Origin: Polyangiales bacterium
GTDB lineage: Bacteria > Myxococcota_A > Polyangia > Polyangiales > Polyangiaceae
NCBI GenBank assembly: GCA_038230375.1
Contig: JBBRNJ010000003.1
Span: 157,926 to 221,925 of the forward strand
DNA: 64,000 nucleotides
Direction: 5' to 3'
Of the stretch, positions 20,468-29,092 are shown in pieces (the stretch's first letter is position 1; each line of letters opens with the position of its first letter). Under the pieces are notes generated by a model that was not told the DNA's origin, did not search any database, and saw nothing but the letters and a program-made list of their open reading frames with translations. The position numbers and the translations under genes are program-made.

Positions 20468-21319
20468 TTACGCCAGCGTCGCCCAGCCGCCGATGATCAC
20501 CGCGTCCGGCCGCTCCTTCACGGAGACCTCCAGCGCATACGCCTTGTCCGTCACCTTGTAGCCCTTGGTGACGATCGTATCGCCTGGCCATACGGGCCTG
20601 CGGAAGGGCGCGCAGAAGCCAGAGAGCCTGGACGGATCGCCGCCCGCCATTCCCTTTGCCGCGTGGCGCACCATGTACCCGAACGTGCAGAGTCCATGGA
20701 GGATCGGACCTTGCTCGAAGCCCACCTTCGCGGCGAACTCCGGATCGGCGTGGAGCGGATTGCGATCACCCGAGAGGCGATAGAGGAGCGCCTGTTCTGG
20801 TGACGTGAGCTCCTCTTCCACGAAGTCCGGCGCGCGCTCCTTGTCCTTTGGCTTGGGCGCGGGGTTCTCGTCCTTGGGTGCGGGCGAGCCGCCAAAGCCA
20901 CCGGCATCGCGCACGATGATCTGCGCGGTGTTCTCCGCGACCAAGACGCCGCTCTCGTCCTTGGTCTCCATGTCGAAGACAAGCGTGGCCCACTTGCGCA
21001 TGTCGTAGATGCCGCGAAGCACGCTCGTGGTGAGGACCTTGCCGTTCGCAGCGAAGGGCTTGTGGATGCGCACGGTCTGAGCGCCGTGCACGACCATGGA
21101 GAGGTCCGCGCCGGTCGTAGACAGCTGCCTGAACATCGGCTCGAACATCGGGACCACGGCGAAGCTCGGGAGGACCTTGGGGCCCTTGCCCTCGTACAGA
21201 TAGTCGAGCTCGCTCTTCTTCGCGCCGACCCCGAGCGCATAGAGGATGGTGTCGCGCGCCTCGTAGGCGTGCAGCATGGGTTCGCTTCGTTTACCGATGA
21301 TCGAGTGGTCCAGCGCCAT
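20468..21319 (-). CDS. MaoC-like double-hotdog enoyl-CoA hydratase 2
   Basis: ILYALGVG, VLPSF, VVHGAQ and YRLSGDRNPLHADP...GPILHGLCT hydratase-2 motif. Confidence 0.92.
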   Translation of the reverse strand: MALDHSIIGKRSEPMLHAYEARDTILYALGVGAKKSELDYLYEGKGPKVLPSFAVVPMFEPMFRQLSTTGADLSMVVHGAQTVRIHKPFAANGKVLTTSVLRGIYDMRKWATLVFDMETKDESGVLVAENTAQIIVRDAGGFGGSPAPKDENPAPKPKDKERAPDFVEEELTSPEQALLYRLSGDRNPLHADPEFAAKVGFEQGPILHGLCTFGYMVRHAAKGMAGGDPSRLSGFCAPFRRPVWPGDTIVTKGYKVTDKAYALEVSVKERPDAVIIGGWATLA

Positions 21320-21330
21320 GGGCCGAGACC

Positions 21331-22089
21331 ATGGTTCCACTCGCGCGGAAGGTCAAGTACGTTCCGCGCGTGCCCCTGATCCCGGAAGTCGCCCGCGCAT
21401 TCGCAGAGTCCGGCATCGACCTCGCCGCGCTCGGTCTGGCCTGGGCGCGCGTCACGCCCACGGTGGTGCTCGTTCCTGCGTTCGGGCTTCGCGCGATGCC
21501 CACGCCCGTGCGTGGTGTCCTCGGGGCAATGCTTGCATTCTGCATCTATCCGGCAATGGCCCCGGTGCTCACGTCGCAGCCCGGCGTTCCGTGGGTGCTC
21601 CTGGCGCTGGGCGAGATCCTGCGCGGGCTTCCCGTCGCGCTCGCCGCGGCCGTTCCCATGTGGGCCGCCACCATGGCCGGCGGTGTGGCGGACTCGCTCC
21701 GCGGCAGTCAGGACCAGAGGGACTTGCCCGTGGTCGAGGGCAAGGTCTCCACGCTCGGCGTCCCGCTGTCGCTCCTGGCAAGCGCCATCTTCCTCTTCAG
21801 CGGCGGCCCGTCACGCGTGGTCTCCGTCCTTGCACGCGGTGACTTCCCCGCGCATCCGTTCGCGGTCATGGCCAACGACATCGCCTCGGGCATCACCCTG
21901 GCGCTGGCCCTCTCGGGGCCGCTCCTTGCCGCGTCCATCGTGATCGAAGTCGCCGGCGCGCTCATCGCAAGAGCCGCCTCACCCGCTCAAGTGACCGCGC
22001 TGCTCTCGCCGCTACGAGCCTTTGCGCTGCTCGCGATGTTCGGGCTTGCGTTCGACAAGCTAGCCAACATCCTGGCCCAGTCCATGTGA
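21331..22089 (+). CDS. SctT/FliR family export-apparatus membrane protein (orphan in this window)
   Basis: AWARV.P.V.L.PAFG...P..VR; GE.L.G; AATMAG...D..RG; ALALSGPL......E....LIARAA.PAQV..L..PLR; about 250 aa, multi-TM. Confidence 0.75.
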   Translation: MVPLARKVKYVPRVPLIPEVARAFAESGIDLAALGLAWARVTPTVVLVPAFGLRAMPTPVRGVLGAMLAFCIYPAMAPVLTSQPGVPWVLLALGEILRGLPVALAAAVPMWAATMAGGVADSLRGSQDQRDLPVVEGKVSTLGVPLSLLASAIFLFSGGPSRVVSVLARGDFPAHPFAVMANDIASGITLALALSGPLLAASIVIEVAGALIARAASPAQVTALLSPLRAFALLAMFGLAFDKLANILAQSM

Positions 22090-22090
22090 T

Positions 22091-23029
22091 CTACAGCGGG
22101 ATTCTGTAGCCGATGCTCAGGCCTGCTTCGAAGGACTGGACGCTGCCTTCCAGCGTTGCGCAGTCTCCGATGGGCGAGCAGGTCGGCGTGGTGGGGAGGA
22201 ACCACTGGCTGCCGCGGACGACGACTCCCGCTCCCCAGCGCTCCGCGAAGTTCCACGTGAGACCCGCTTGCAGGCCCAGCACGAAGCCCTCTGTGCGAAT
22301 GGTGACGATCTTCTTGCCGAGGACGGATGGAACGAGATCGCCCGCGTCCGTCGAGAAACGGTCAGCGATGACCACCCCACCACCCACGAAGCCCAGCCAG
22401 CCTTCGAACTGCGCGGTGCGTAGCGGCACGTAGCGGCCCTCGGCGGTGAAGACCATGTAGTTGCGCGAGTGCGTGCGCCGCAGCCCCTTCAATCCGCCGT
22501 ACTCGCTGTCGCTCGTGGGGCTAGGGCCGAACAATGCGCCAAAGCCGACCGTCCAGTCACGGCCACCGCGATAGAGCAGGCGCACGCCAGTCTGCAGCGT
22601 CGCATCGCCGCGACCGACCGTCGTGAATGGGACGCTGCCGCCGCTCTGCCTGCTCGAGATCGGAGCGTTCGGCAACGCGATGATCCCACCCTCCAGCACA
22701 GCCATCGTGTGGCGGCGCTCGGTGATGGAAAGGGGCTTTTCGGCGGCGACGGGATCGACGGAGCTCTCGGCAGGGGAGGGAGAGGTCGAGGTCGAGGGCG
22801 AGGGCGAGGGCGAGGTCGAGGGCGAGATCGAGGTAGCGGGGGAGGTCGAAGTCGGCGTCGTTGTCGAGGTCGAAGTCGAGGTCGGAGTCGAAGTCGAGGT
22901 CGGAGTCGAAGTCGAAGTCGTTGTCGGCGCCGGCGTCGGCGTCGTCGCCTGTTGCGCGTCGGCGGACGTCGCGATGAGGAGCGCGCTCGCCGCGAGGGTG
23001 CTTGCTCGTCGGATGTACTTTACATCCAT
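22091..23029 (-). CDS. Putative outer-membrane beta-barrel protein with a Thr/Ser/Pro linker
   Basis: Signal peptide ADA-QQ; TS/PS repeat; amphipathic strands; ends GLSIGYRIPL; start overlaps the stop of the upstream kinase. Confidence 0.65.
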   Translation of the reverse strand: MDVKYIRRASTLAASALLIATSADAQQATTPTPAPTTTSTSTPTSTSTPTSTSTSTTTPTSTSPATSISPSTSPSPSPSTSTSPSPAESSVDPVAAEKPLSITERRHTMAVLEGGIIALPNAPISSRQSGGSVPFTTVGRGDATLQTGVRLLYRGGRDWTVGFGALFGPSPTSDSEYGGLKGLRRTHSRNYMVFTAEGRYVPLRTAQFEGWLGFVGGGVVIADRFSTDAGDLVPSVLGKKIVTIRTEGFVLGLQAGLTWNFAERWGAGVVVRGSQWFLPTTPTCSPIGDCATLEGSVQSFEAGLSIGYRIPL

Positions 23030-25566
23030 TTGACGGTCCCGCTCGGCGTCGGTGTGGTGTTCGGCGGCGCTGCGGTTTGTGACGGCTGCGGGGCGACCGC
23101 CATGTCTCCTGCCGTGACGAGCCTCGAGGTCTTCATGATGTTCCCGTCCACCTTGGCGATGAACACTACCTCGTATTTGCCAGCTTCGAGGAAGGTGAAA
23201 CCGGCATGGTAGATTCCGCTGTCCTCGGCGGCGGTGAGCCTGATGCCGCCCGGCGCCGACGCCGACACGATGGATACGTGCGCGTCCTCTACCTTCTTTG
23301 CGCCGGTGATGCGCGCGTTGAAGTCCACTGCGGAGCCCAGGCGTGGCTTCGGGTTGGAGACGTCGAACTGAAGCTTGGCGCTCGTTCCTCCGCCGCCGCT
23401 GGATGTTCGCGGCGGCGGCGAGAGCGGCTTCGCGCTGGGAGAGGCCAGCGGCTCGTCGGTCTTCGGTGCGGTGCTGGCCTCTGCGTCCCAGTCACCCGAG
23501 AGCTTCTTCGCCGCGGTGTTGTCGATGTCCATCTCCACTGCCAGGTGGATGAGCCGCCGGGCCTCGGTGGGTTCGCTCGTTGCGTGCGCGGCGATGGCGC
23601 GTGCCGTCAGCTCTTCCGCCGCGCGCTTGCGAAGCGCTGGAAATCGTGAGTCGTCAGGCCATCGCTTGAGGCCGGTGCTCGTCAGGTCGCGCACGTTCTC
23701 GCCCGGCGGGTCCGTGAGGTGGTTCGCGGAGAGTGCAGCCTGCGCGAGCAGTACGAGCTCTTCATGGCCCGCCTCCGGTCCGATGCGGCCCATCCGATAA
23801 GCGACAAGGGTCGCCAGCCCCGCGCCCAGCACGAAGCACACGAGCACCAGCGCGATCGCGCGCGCCTTGCTCCGCCGCGCAAGGTCCGAGTCGCTCAGCG
23901 TGCTGTCGACGTTGGATGGCGGCTTGCTCGGATAATGCCCTTCGCGATCCGCGATCGGGGACGAGAGGTGCGGCGCGCTCGGCGGGGGCGTGGGCAGCGG
24001 TGCGCTCGGCGCGGCTGACGGGACCGGCGGCGTTGCCGCATGCTGCGCGGGCTCCGCGTAGTCCGTGCGTGGGACTTGCGCGTGGGAGACCTGCGGCTGA
24101 GACGGTTGCGTCGGACGCGTTTGCACCGCGGGGAACGACGGCGCTGGCGGGATCGCGGGCGGCGCTGTTGCGTCGTCCATTGTCGTGTCCAGCATGGCCG
24201 CCTTCTCGTCCCGGGGCGGCGGGCTCGAGCTCGCATCGGCCTCGGTGTCTCCGCGCCTCATCGGCCGCGCGTCCGCCGCGCTCGTCGCCAGCGCCGACAC
24301 TGCGCGCGCGGGCTCGTTTCCCAGCTGCGCAGCGATGTTCGGCGGCGGCGTCCACTTCACGGTCGCGTTGCCCGCGGCCCCGACCGACACGCGCGTCGCG
24401 CCGCTCGTCTCTTGCGGCTCCGGTGTGACGCGCGGGTCCGACGGACGGCTTGCCATGCGCTCGCGCACGTCCGCGCCTATCTCGTGCTGCCTCGTGCGCT
24501 CGATCGACGGGAGGCTTGCCGCGCTGGACCGACCCGCGATGATCGGGCGCGAGATCTCGTCCGACGAGAGCCCCGCCGCGCGCGCCGCGTCCACAATGGC
24601 GCGCCCGAAGGACCGCGCGTCCTTCTCGCGGTCGTTCTGATCCTTCGCAAGGCCCTGCATGATCACGTCCGCGATCTGCTCGGGCACGTACGAAGCGCGC
24701 GCAAGCGAGCGCAGCAGCGGCGGCTTGTCGTGGATCTGCTGCACCAGCAGGCCCACGGCCTGGTCGCCCTCGAACGGCGTGCGTCCGGACACCATCTGGT
24801 AGGTCATCGTGGCGATCGAGTACACGTCGCTCGCTGCGGTCACCGCCTCGCCACGCGCGCCCTCGGGTGAGATGTAGCGCGCCGTCCCGAAGATGAGCCC
24901 GGCTGCCGTGGCCATGGACTGCTCCGCCCAGTGCATGCGCGCGATGCCGAAATCCAGGACCTTCACGAAGTCCTTGTCCTCGCCGCGACGCACGAGCATC
25001 ACGTTCTCGGGCTTGAGGTCGCGATGGACGATCCCCTGCGTGTGCGCCTCGCCCACTGCGTCGGCCAGTTGAACCGCGATGTGCAGTGCACGCGGCAAGG
25101 GCAGGGCGCCCCCCGATGCTGCGAGCGCGCTCATCAGGGACATCCCGTCCAGGAACTCCATGACGATGTAGAGCGCGCCGTCGGGCATCTGCCCGCTCAG
25201 CAGGATCGACACCACATTCGGGTGCTGGAGCTTCGACGCGACCTTCGCCTCGCGCGTGAAGCGCGACACCAGCTGGGGGTTCGACGAGAGCTCGCGGTGG
25301 AGGATCTTCACCGCCACGTCGCGCTCGACGCCACGCTGGAACGCGCGGTAGACGCGCCCCATCGCCCCGATGCCCGCGAGCTGCCGCACCTCGATATGGC
25401 CGGCGATCTCGCACTTCAGGTACGGATCGTTCTCGGCAAGGTCGGCCCCATTGCCCGAAGCTTTGCGCAAGGGGGTGCCATCTACCGGGCAAAACAGGGC
25501 ATCCCCCGGGAACTGGCCCCCGCAGGTGGCGCAGGTCTTGATGACTTCGGCGGGGACAGCTGCCAC
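23020..25566 (-). CDS. Ser/Thr protein kinase with N-terminal zinc ribbon, TM helix and C-terminal Ig-like domain
   Basis: CATCGGQF....FCPVDG; GIGAMG, VAVK, HRDLKPEN, DFG, YISPE; TM IALVLVCFVLGAGLATLV. Start chosen at GTG 25566. Confidence 0.93.
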   Translation of the reverse strand: MAAVPAEVIKTCATCGGQFPGDALFCPVDGTPLRKASGNGADLAENDPYLKCEIAGHIEVRQLAGIGAMGRVYRAFQRGVERDVAVKILHRELSSNPQLVSRFTREAKVASKLQHPNVVSILLSGQMPDGALYIVMEFLDGMSLMSALAASGGALPLPRALHIAVQLADAVGEAHTQGIVHRDLKPENVMLVRRGEDKDFVKVLDFGIARMHWAEQSMATAAGLIFGTARYISPEGARGEAVTAASDVYSIATMTYQMVSGRTPFEGDQAVGLLVQQIHDKPPLLRSLARASYVPEQIADVIMQGLAKDQNDREKDARSFGRAIVDAARAAGLSSDEISRPIIAGRSSAASLPSIERTRQHEIGADVRERMASRPSDPRVTPEPQETSGATRVSVGAAGNATVKWTPPPNIAAQLGNEPARAVSALATSAADARPMRRGDTEADASSSPPPRDEKAAMLDTTMDDATAPPAIPPAPSFPAVQTRPTQPSQPQVSHAQVPRTDYAEPAQHAATPPVPSAAPSAPLPTPPPSAPHLSSPIADREGHYPSKPPSNVDSTLSDSDLARRSKARAIALVLVCFVLGAGLATLVAYRMGRIGPEAGHEELVLLAQAALSANHLTDPPGENVRDLTSTGLKRWPDDSRFPALRKRAAEELTARAIAAHATSEPTEARRLIHLAVEMDIDNTAAKKLSGDWDAEASTAPKTDEPLASPSAKPLSPPPRTSSGGGGTSAKLQFDVSNPKPRLGSAVDFNARITGAKKVEDAHVSIVSASAPGGIRLTAAEDSGIYHAGFTFLEAGKYEVVFIAKVDGNIMKTSRLVTAGDMAVAPQPSQTAAPPNTTPTPSGTVKWM

Positions 25567-25676
25567 GTGGGGGATGGTACCACGCAATCGCGCATGCGGA
25601 ATTCCCCGGGTATCTCGTTGCCACATGCGCGCCGCCTCTTGCCCTTTCCGCGAACTTGGGAAAAAAGGGTCCTTCC

Positions 25677-26552
25677 GTGTCAGACCCCGAGAGCATCGAC
25701 GCAGGCGCGCACGCCTACAATGTGTCCCTTCCCGAGTTCGAAGGGCCGCTCGATCTGCTTTTGCATCTCTGTCAGAAACACGAGCTGAACATCCTGGATA
25801 TTCCAATCTCCTTCGTCACCGAGAAGTACCTCGAGTACCTCGGCCTGATGGAGGAGATGCTGCTGGATGTGGCAGCGGAATACCTGGTCATGGCCGCGAC
25901 GCTCGCGCACATCAAGTCGAAGATGCTGCTGCCTGCACCGCCGCCCGGTCAGGAGGACGACGCGCTCCTCGACGAAGAGGACCCGCGCGAGGCCCTCATC
26001 CGTCGCCTGCTCGAGTACCAGAAGTACAAGAAGGCCGGGCAGGATCTCCTGGCCCGCGGGATCACCGGAAACGACGTGTTTCGCCGGGGCGCGCCGCTCG
26101 AGGAGACGGTGCCCTCGGGCCGGCCGCCGCTCGCGGACATCCCGCTCTACCGCCTGCTCGAGGCGTTCCAGTCGGTCCTCACCAGGACCAAGGTACGCAT
26201 CGCCCACGACATCACGACGGACCGCATCAGCATCACGGACCGCATCCACGAGCTCGTGGATTTTCTGCGCGAACGCAAGCGGGTCGAGTTCGAGCAGCTC
26301 TTCGCGGGTCAGGCCACCCGCGCAGACCTGGTCATCACGTTCCTCGCCCTGCTGGAGATGTCCAAGCTCCGGCTGACCCGGCTGTTCCAGACCGACAATT
26401 TTTCGCCCCTCTGGGTGGAGAGTGTAGAAGGGGCGGACGTGGCCCCCATCGACTCGATCGACGCCGATGCTGATTTCCAGCCCCCCAAGGCGGCCCCGGA
26501 GGCTGATACGCTCGGCGTCGCGGACGAAGACGACTCAAAGGACACGCCGTGA
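25677..26552 (+). CDS. scpA: Segregation and condensation protein A
   Basis: FEGPLDLLLHL...LDIPI...AAEYLVMAATL..IKS.MLLP...DPRE.LIRRLLEY...TFLALLEM. Confidence 0.95.
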   Translation: MSDPESIDAGAHAYNVSLPEFEGPLDLLLHLCQKHELNILDIPISFVTEKYLEYLGLMEEMLLDVAAEYLVMAATLAHIKSKMLLPAPPPGQEDDALLDEEDPREALIRRLLEYQKYKKAGQDLLARGITGNDVFRRGAPLEETVPSGRPPLADIPLYRLLEAFQSVLTRTKVRIAHDITTDRISITDRIHELVDFLRERKRVEFEQLFAGQATRADLVITFLALLEMSKLRLTRLFQTDNFSPLWVESVEGADVAPIDSIDADADFQPPKAAPEADTLGVADEDDSKDTP

Positions 26553-27943
26553 CCGATTCGCCGGAACCGAAGAAGAAGAAGACCGCTCGCGGGAAGAAGA
26601 GCGAGGAGGCGCCTCCGGATTCCAAGCCGGAGGGCTCCATGCCGCCGCCGCCTGGGTCCGACCCGACGATGTCCGACGGTGACGCGACCAAGAAGAGCGC
26701 GTCGGGACATGACGTGGCGGACGGAACCGACGAGGCCGAGGTCACCCGCGACGAGCCGCTCTCGCACGAGGGCTCGGAGGCCGCTGGGAACAGCGACTCG
26801 TCGCCACCGAGCTCGAGTCCTCCGATCTCGTCCGACCGTGGCGACTTCGACTCTCCCGTCTCTGGCTTCTACGGTGATCGCGCCTCGAACGAGACCGACG
26901 TCGAGATGACCATCAACCTCACTGGCGACATGCTCCGCTCGCTGCCAGGGCGCGATGACCTGGACGCGCCAACGCAGGTCCTCGCGGCGGAAGACCTGAA
27001 CGACTCCGCTGTCGATCGCGTGCGCTTCCAGCAGCGCCACCTTCGCGGCGCGCTCGAGGCGCTGATCTTCGCGAGCGACCAGCCGCTCAAATCCAGCGAC
27101 CTCGCCAAGCGCGCCTCCGCGAACATCCGCGAGGTGAAGGAGCAGCTCCTGTCGCTGAAGAGCGAGTACTCGAGCCGCGGCATCAACCTGGAGGAGATCG
27201 CCGGTGGCTGGGTCTTCCGCACAAGCGCGGAGTTCGCGCCGTTCGTCCGCGAGCTCTCGAAGGAGAAGCCGATCAAGCTGTCGCGTGCGCAGCTGGAGAC
27301 GCTCGCGATCATGGCGTACCGCCAGCCCATGACCCGCCCCGAGATCGACGACATCCGCGGCGTGGACTCCGGGCCCGTGCTCAAGGTCCTGCTCGATCGC
27401 GATCTGATCCGCATCCTCGGCAAGAAGGACGAAGTGGGCCGGCCCATCATCTATGGGACCACTGCCGAGTTCCTGGAGTTCTTCGGGCTGAAGGCGCTGA
27501 AGGATCTGCCCACGCTCAAGGAGTTCACGGAGCTGTCGGAGGACTCGCGCCGCGTGGTGGAAGAAGAGCTCGGCGAGTCGCTCGAGACGATCCAGCAACA
27601 GGTCGCCGAGAAGCGTGAAAAGGAGGCCGCGGAGGCGGCGGAGGCCGCAGCGCAGGGTGCTCCCGATGCCGGCGGCGAGGTTCACGATCCGAGCGCGCAC
27701 GAAGCGGACACCGCGGAGATTCCCATCCCCGCGCCGCGAGGAAGCCGCGACACCGTCACGAACGAGCACGAGCTCCCCGGCGACGACGCTGACGAGAAGG
27801 TCGCCCTGCCTGCCACCAACGCAGACGACGAAGCCGAGTTCCCGGACGACGACGACTCGGACTTCGACGACGATGACGACGACGACGATGACGACGACGA
27901 CGACGAGAAGGACGACGACGCCGAGAAGGACGAGAAGGACTAG
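26549..27943 (+). CDS. scpB: SMC-Scp complex subunit ScpB with long acidic terminal extensions
   Basis: LEALIFASDQP...LSRAQLETLAI.AY.QP.TR.EIDDIRGV.S...GRP..YGTT..FL..FGL..L.DLP; GTGA overlap with scpA. Confidence 0.95.
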   Translation: MTDSPEPKKKKTARGKKSEEAPPDSKPEGSMPPPPGSDPTMSDGDATKKSASGHDVADGTDEAEVTRDEPLSHEGSEAAGNSDSSPPSSSPPISSDRGDFDSPVSGFYGDRASNETDVEMTINLTGDMLRSLPGRDDLDAPTQVLAAEDLNDSAVDRVRFQQRHLRGALEALIFASDQPLKSSDLAKRASANIREVKEQLLSLKSEYSSRGINLEEIAGGWVFRTSAEFAPFVRELSKEKPIKLSRAQLETLAIMAYRQPMTRPEIDDIRGVDSGPVLKVLLDRDLIRILGKKDEVGRPIIYGTTAEFLEFFGLKALKDLPTLKEFTELSEDSRRVVEEELGESLETIQQQVAEKREKEAAEAAEAAAQGAPDAGGEVHDPSAHEADTAEIPIPAPRGSRDTVTNEHELPGDDADEKVALPATNADDEAEFPDDDDSDFDDDDDDDDDDDDDEKDDDAEKDEKD

Positions 27944-27974
27944 GCTGGCCTCCATCCCGTATCGTGAAACCACG

Positions 27975-28119
27975 AGAAGGCTGCATGGTTTTCGTCGAGA
28001 GCGAGCGATGGGCGTGCTTTCTCCCGAGCAGCGCCCGGAACGGCCTTCCGGCCGTGAGGACGCAGCGCAGGGAAAAGCGCGGCCAGCGCGAAGCTATCGG
28101 CGAAAAACAGCAGCCTTCT
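27975..28119. repeat. 145-nt rod-like structured intergenic element, copy 1
   Basis: Long imperfect hairpin closed by AGAAGGCTGC/GCAGCCTTCT; gap-free match (118/145) to 63709-63853 with compensatory changes. Confidence 0.9.
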
Positions 28120-28120
28120 A

Positions 28121-29092
28121 CTAGAAGGTGCCGCTGAGGCTGGCGCCGCCGCCGCCGGGAAGCGGGGTGACGTTGATGCCCGTCTTTGCGGACTTGTTGT
28201 CGCCGCCGCTCGTGAGGAAGAGGACGGTCGCGCCGGCGAGCGCGAGCACGCCCACGCCGAGCGAGATGTCCGCGATGAGCAGCTTGGTCTTCGTGTCGTC
28301 GAGCTTCGCGGGATCGCAGTTCGGCACGCACGAGCTCTTCCTCAGGTCGTCGAGGTCGCTCTTTCCGGTGATGCCGAAGAACGCGAAGCTTCCGATGCCG
28401 ATCACGCCCACGCCGCCGAGCACGTAGGTCATCACCGGCACACCGGATTTTTGGGGCTTTGGGTCAAGCTTCGGATCCGGCTTGGGGTCTGGCTTTGGAT
28501 CCTGCTTGGGGTCTGGCTTGACCGGCGCTGCACCGAGCGTGGCCTTCACGATGCGGTTCTTCTCGCCAGCATGAACGATCACGTTCTGCGTGAGCGGAGG
28601 CACCCCCTGCGTCTCGTAGATCACCGTGTGCGGGCCGGGGTCGATCGGGACGGGCTTGCCGTCGAGCACCGTGGCTACCTTCGCGCCGTCGAGCGTCACG
28701 GCCACGGCGGAGAGGTCGGTGCCGCTGCCGTCCTGGACGGAGAACACGATGGTGGGAACGCTCTCTTCGAGCTCCGGCAGCCACTTCGCGCAGTCCTTCC
28801 GCACGACCGACGGACACGTGGCCTTCGAGCAGAGAAGGAACATCTCGCGCGCGCGGATCAACTTGCCCTGGTCGCGCAGCTTCTGCCCTTGCTCGGACGC
28901 GGTGGGGCAGTCCACGTCTGCCGCGATCACATCCTTCGGCAGAGACACCACCGCAAGCACGGCGCAGAGGCCCACGGCACCACCGACGCGGCTGAGAACG
29001 CGACGCCCGCGTGGCTCGCGCTGATCACGCAGACCACGAGCGTTCACGTCACGGTTGTCCAAGGCAGTTCCGTTTGTAGGATTTGTGTCCAT
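28121..29092 (-). CDS. Exported 4-Cys TPR-like/PEGA-like protein (paralog of 19164..20057)
   Basis: CPTASEQGQKLRDQGKL..ARE.FLLCS...CP.VVRKDC; IDPGPHT; DPKP repeats; ends GASLSGTF. Start uncertain. Confidence 0.8.
   Translation of the reverse strand: MDTNPTNGTALDNRDVNARGLRDQREPRGRRVLSRVGGAVGLCAVLAVVSLPKDVIAADVDCPTASEQGQKLRDQGKLIRAREMFLLCSKATCPSVVRKDCAKWLPELEESVPTIVFSVQDGSGTDLSAVAVTLDGAKVATVLDGKPVPIDPGPHTVIYETQGVPPLTQNVIVHAGEKNRIVKATLGAAPVKPDPKQDPKPDPKPDPKLDPKPQKSGVPVMTYVLGGVGVIGIGSFAFFGITGKSDLDDLRKSSCVPNCDPAKLDDTKTKLLIADISLGVGVLALAGATVLFLTSGGDNKSAKTGINVTPLPGGGGASLSGTF

Noticed and set aside
27975..28119. Rod element as an ordinary rho-independent terminator or tRNA
   Set aside because: Too long, no U-tract on either strand, no cloverleaf or T-loop motif.
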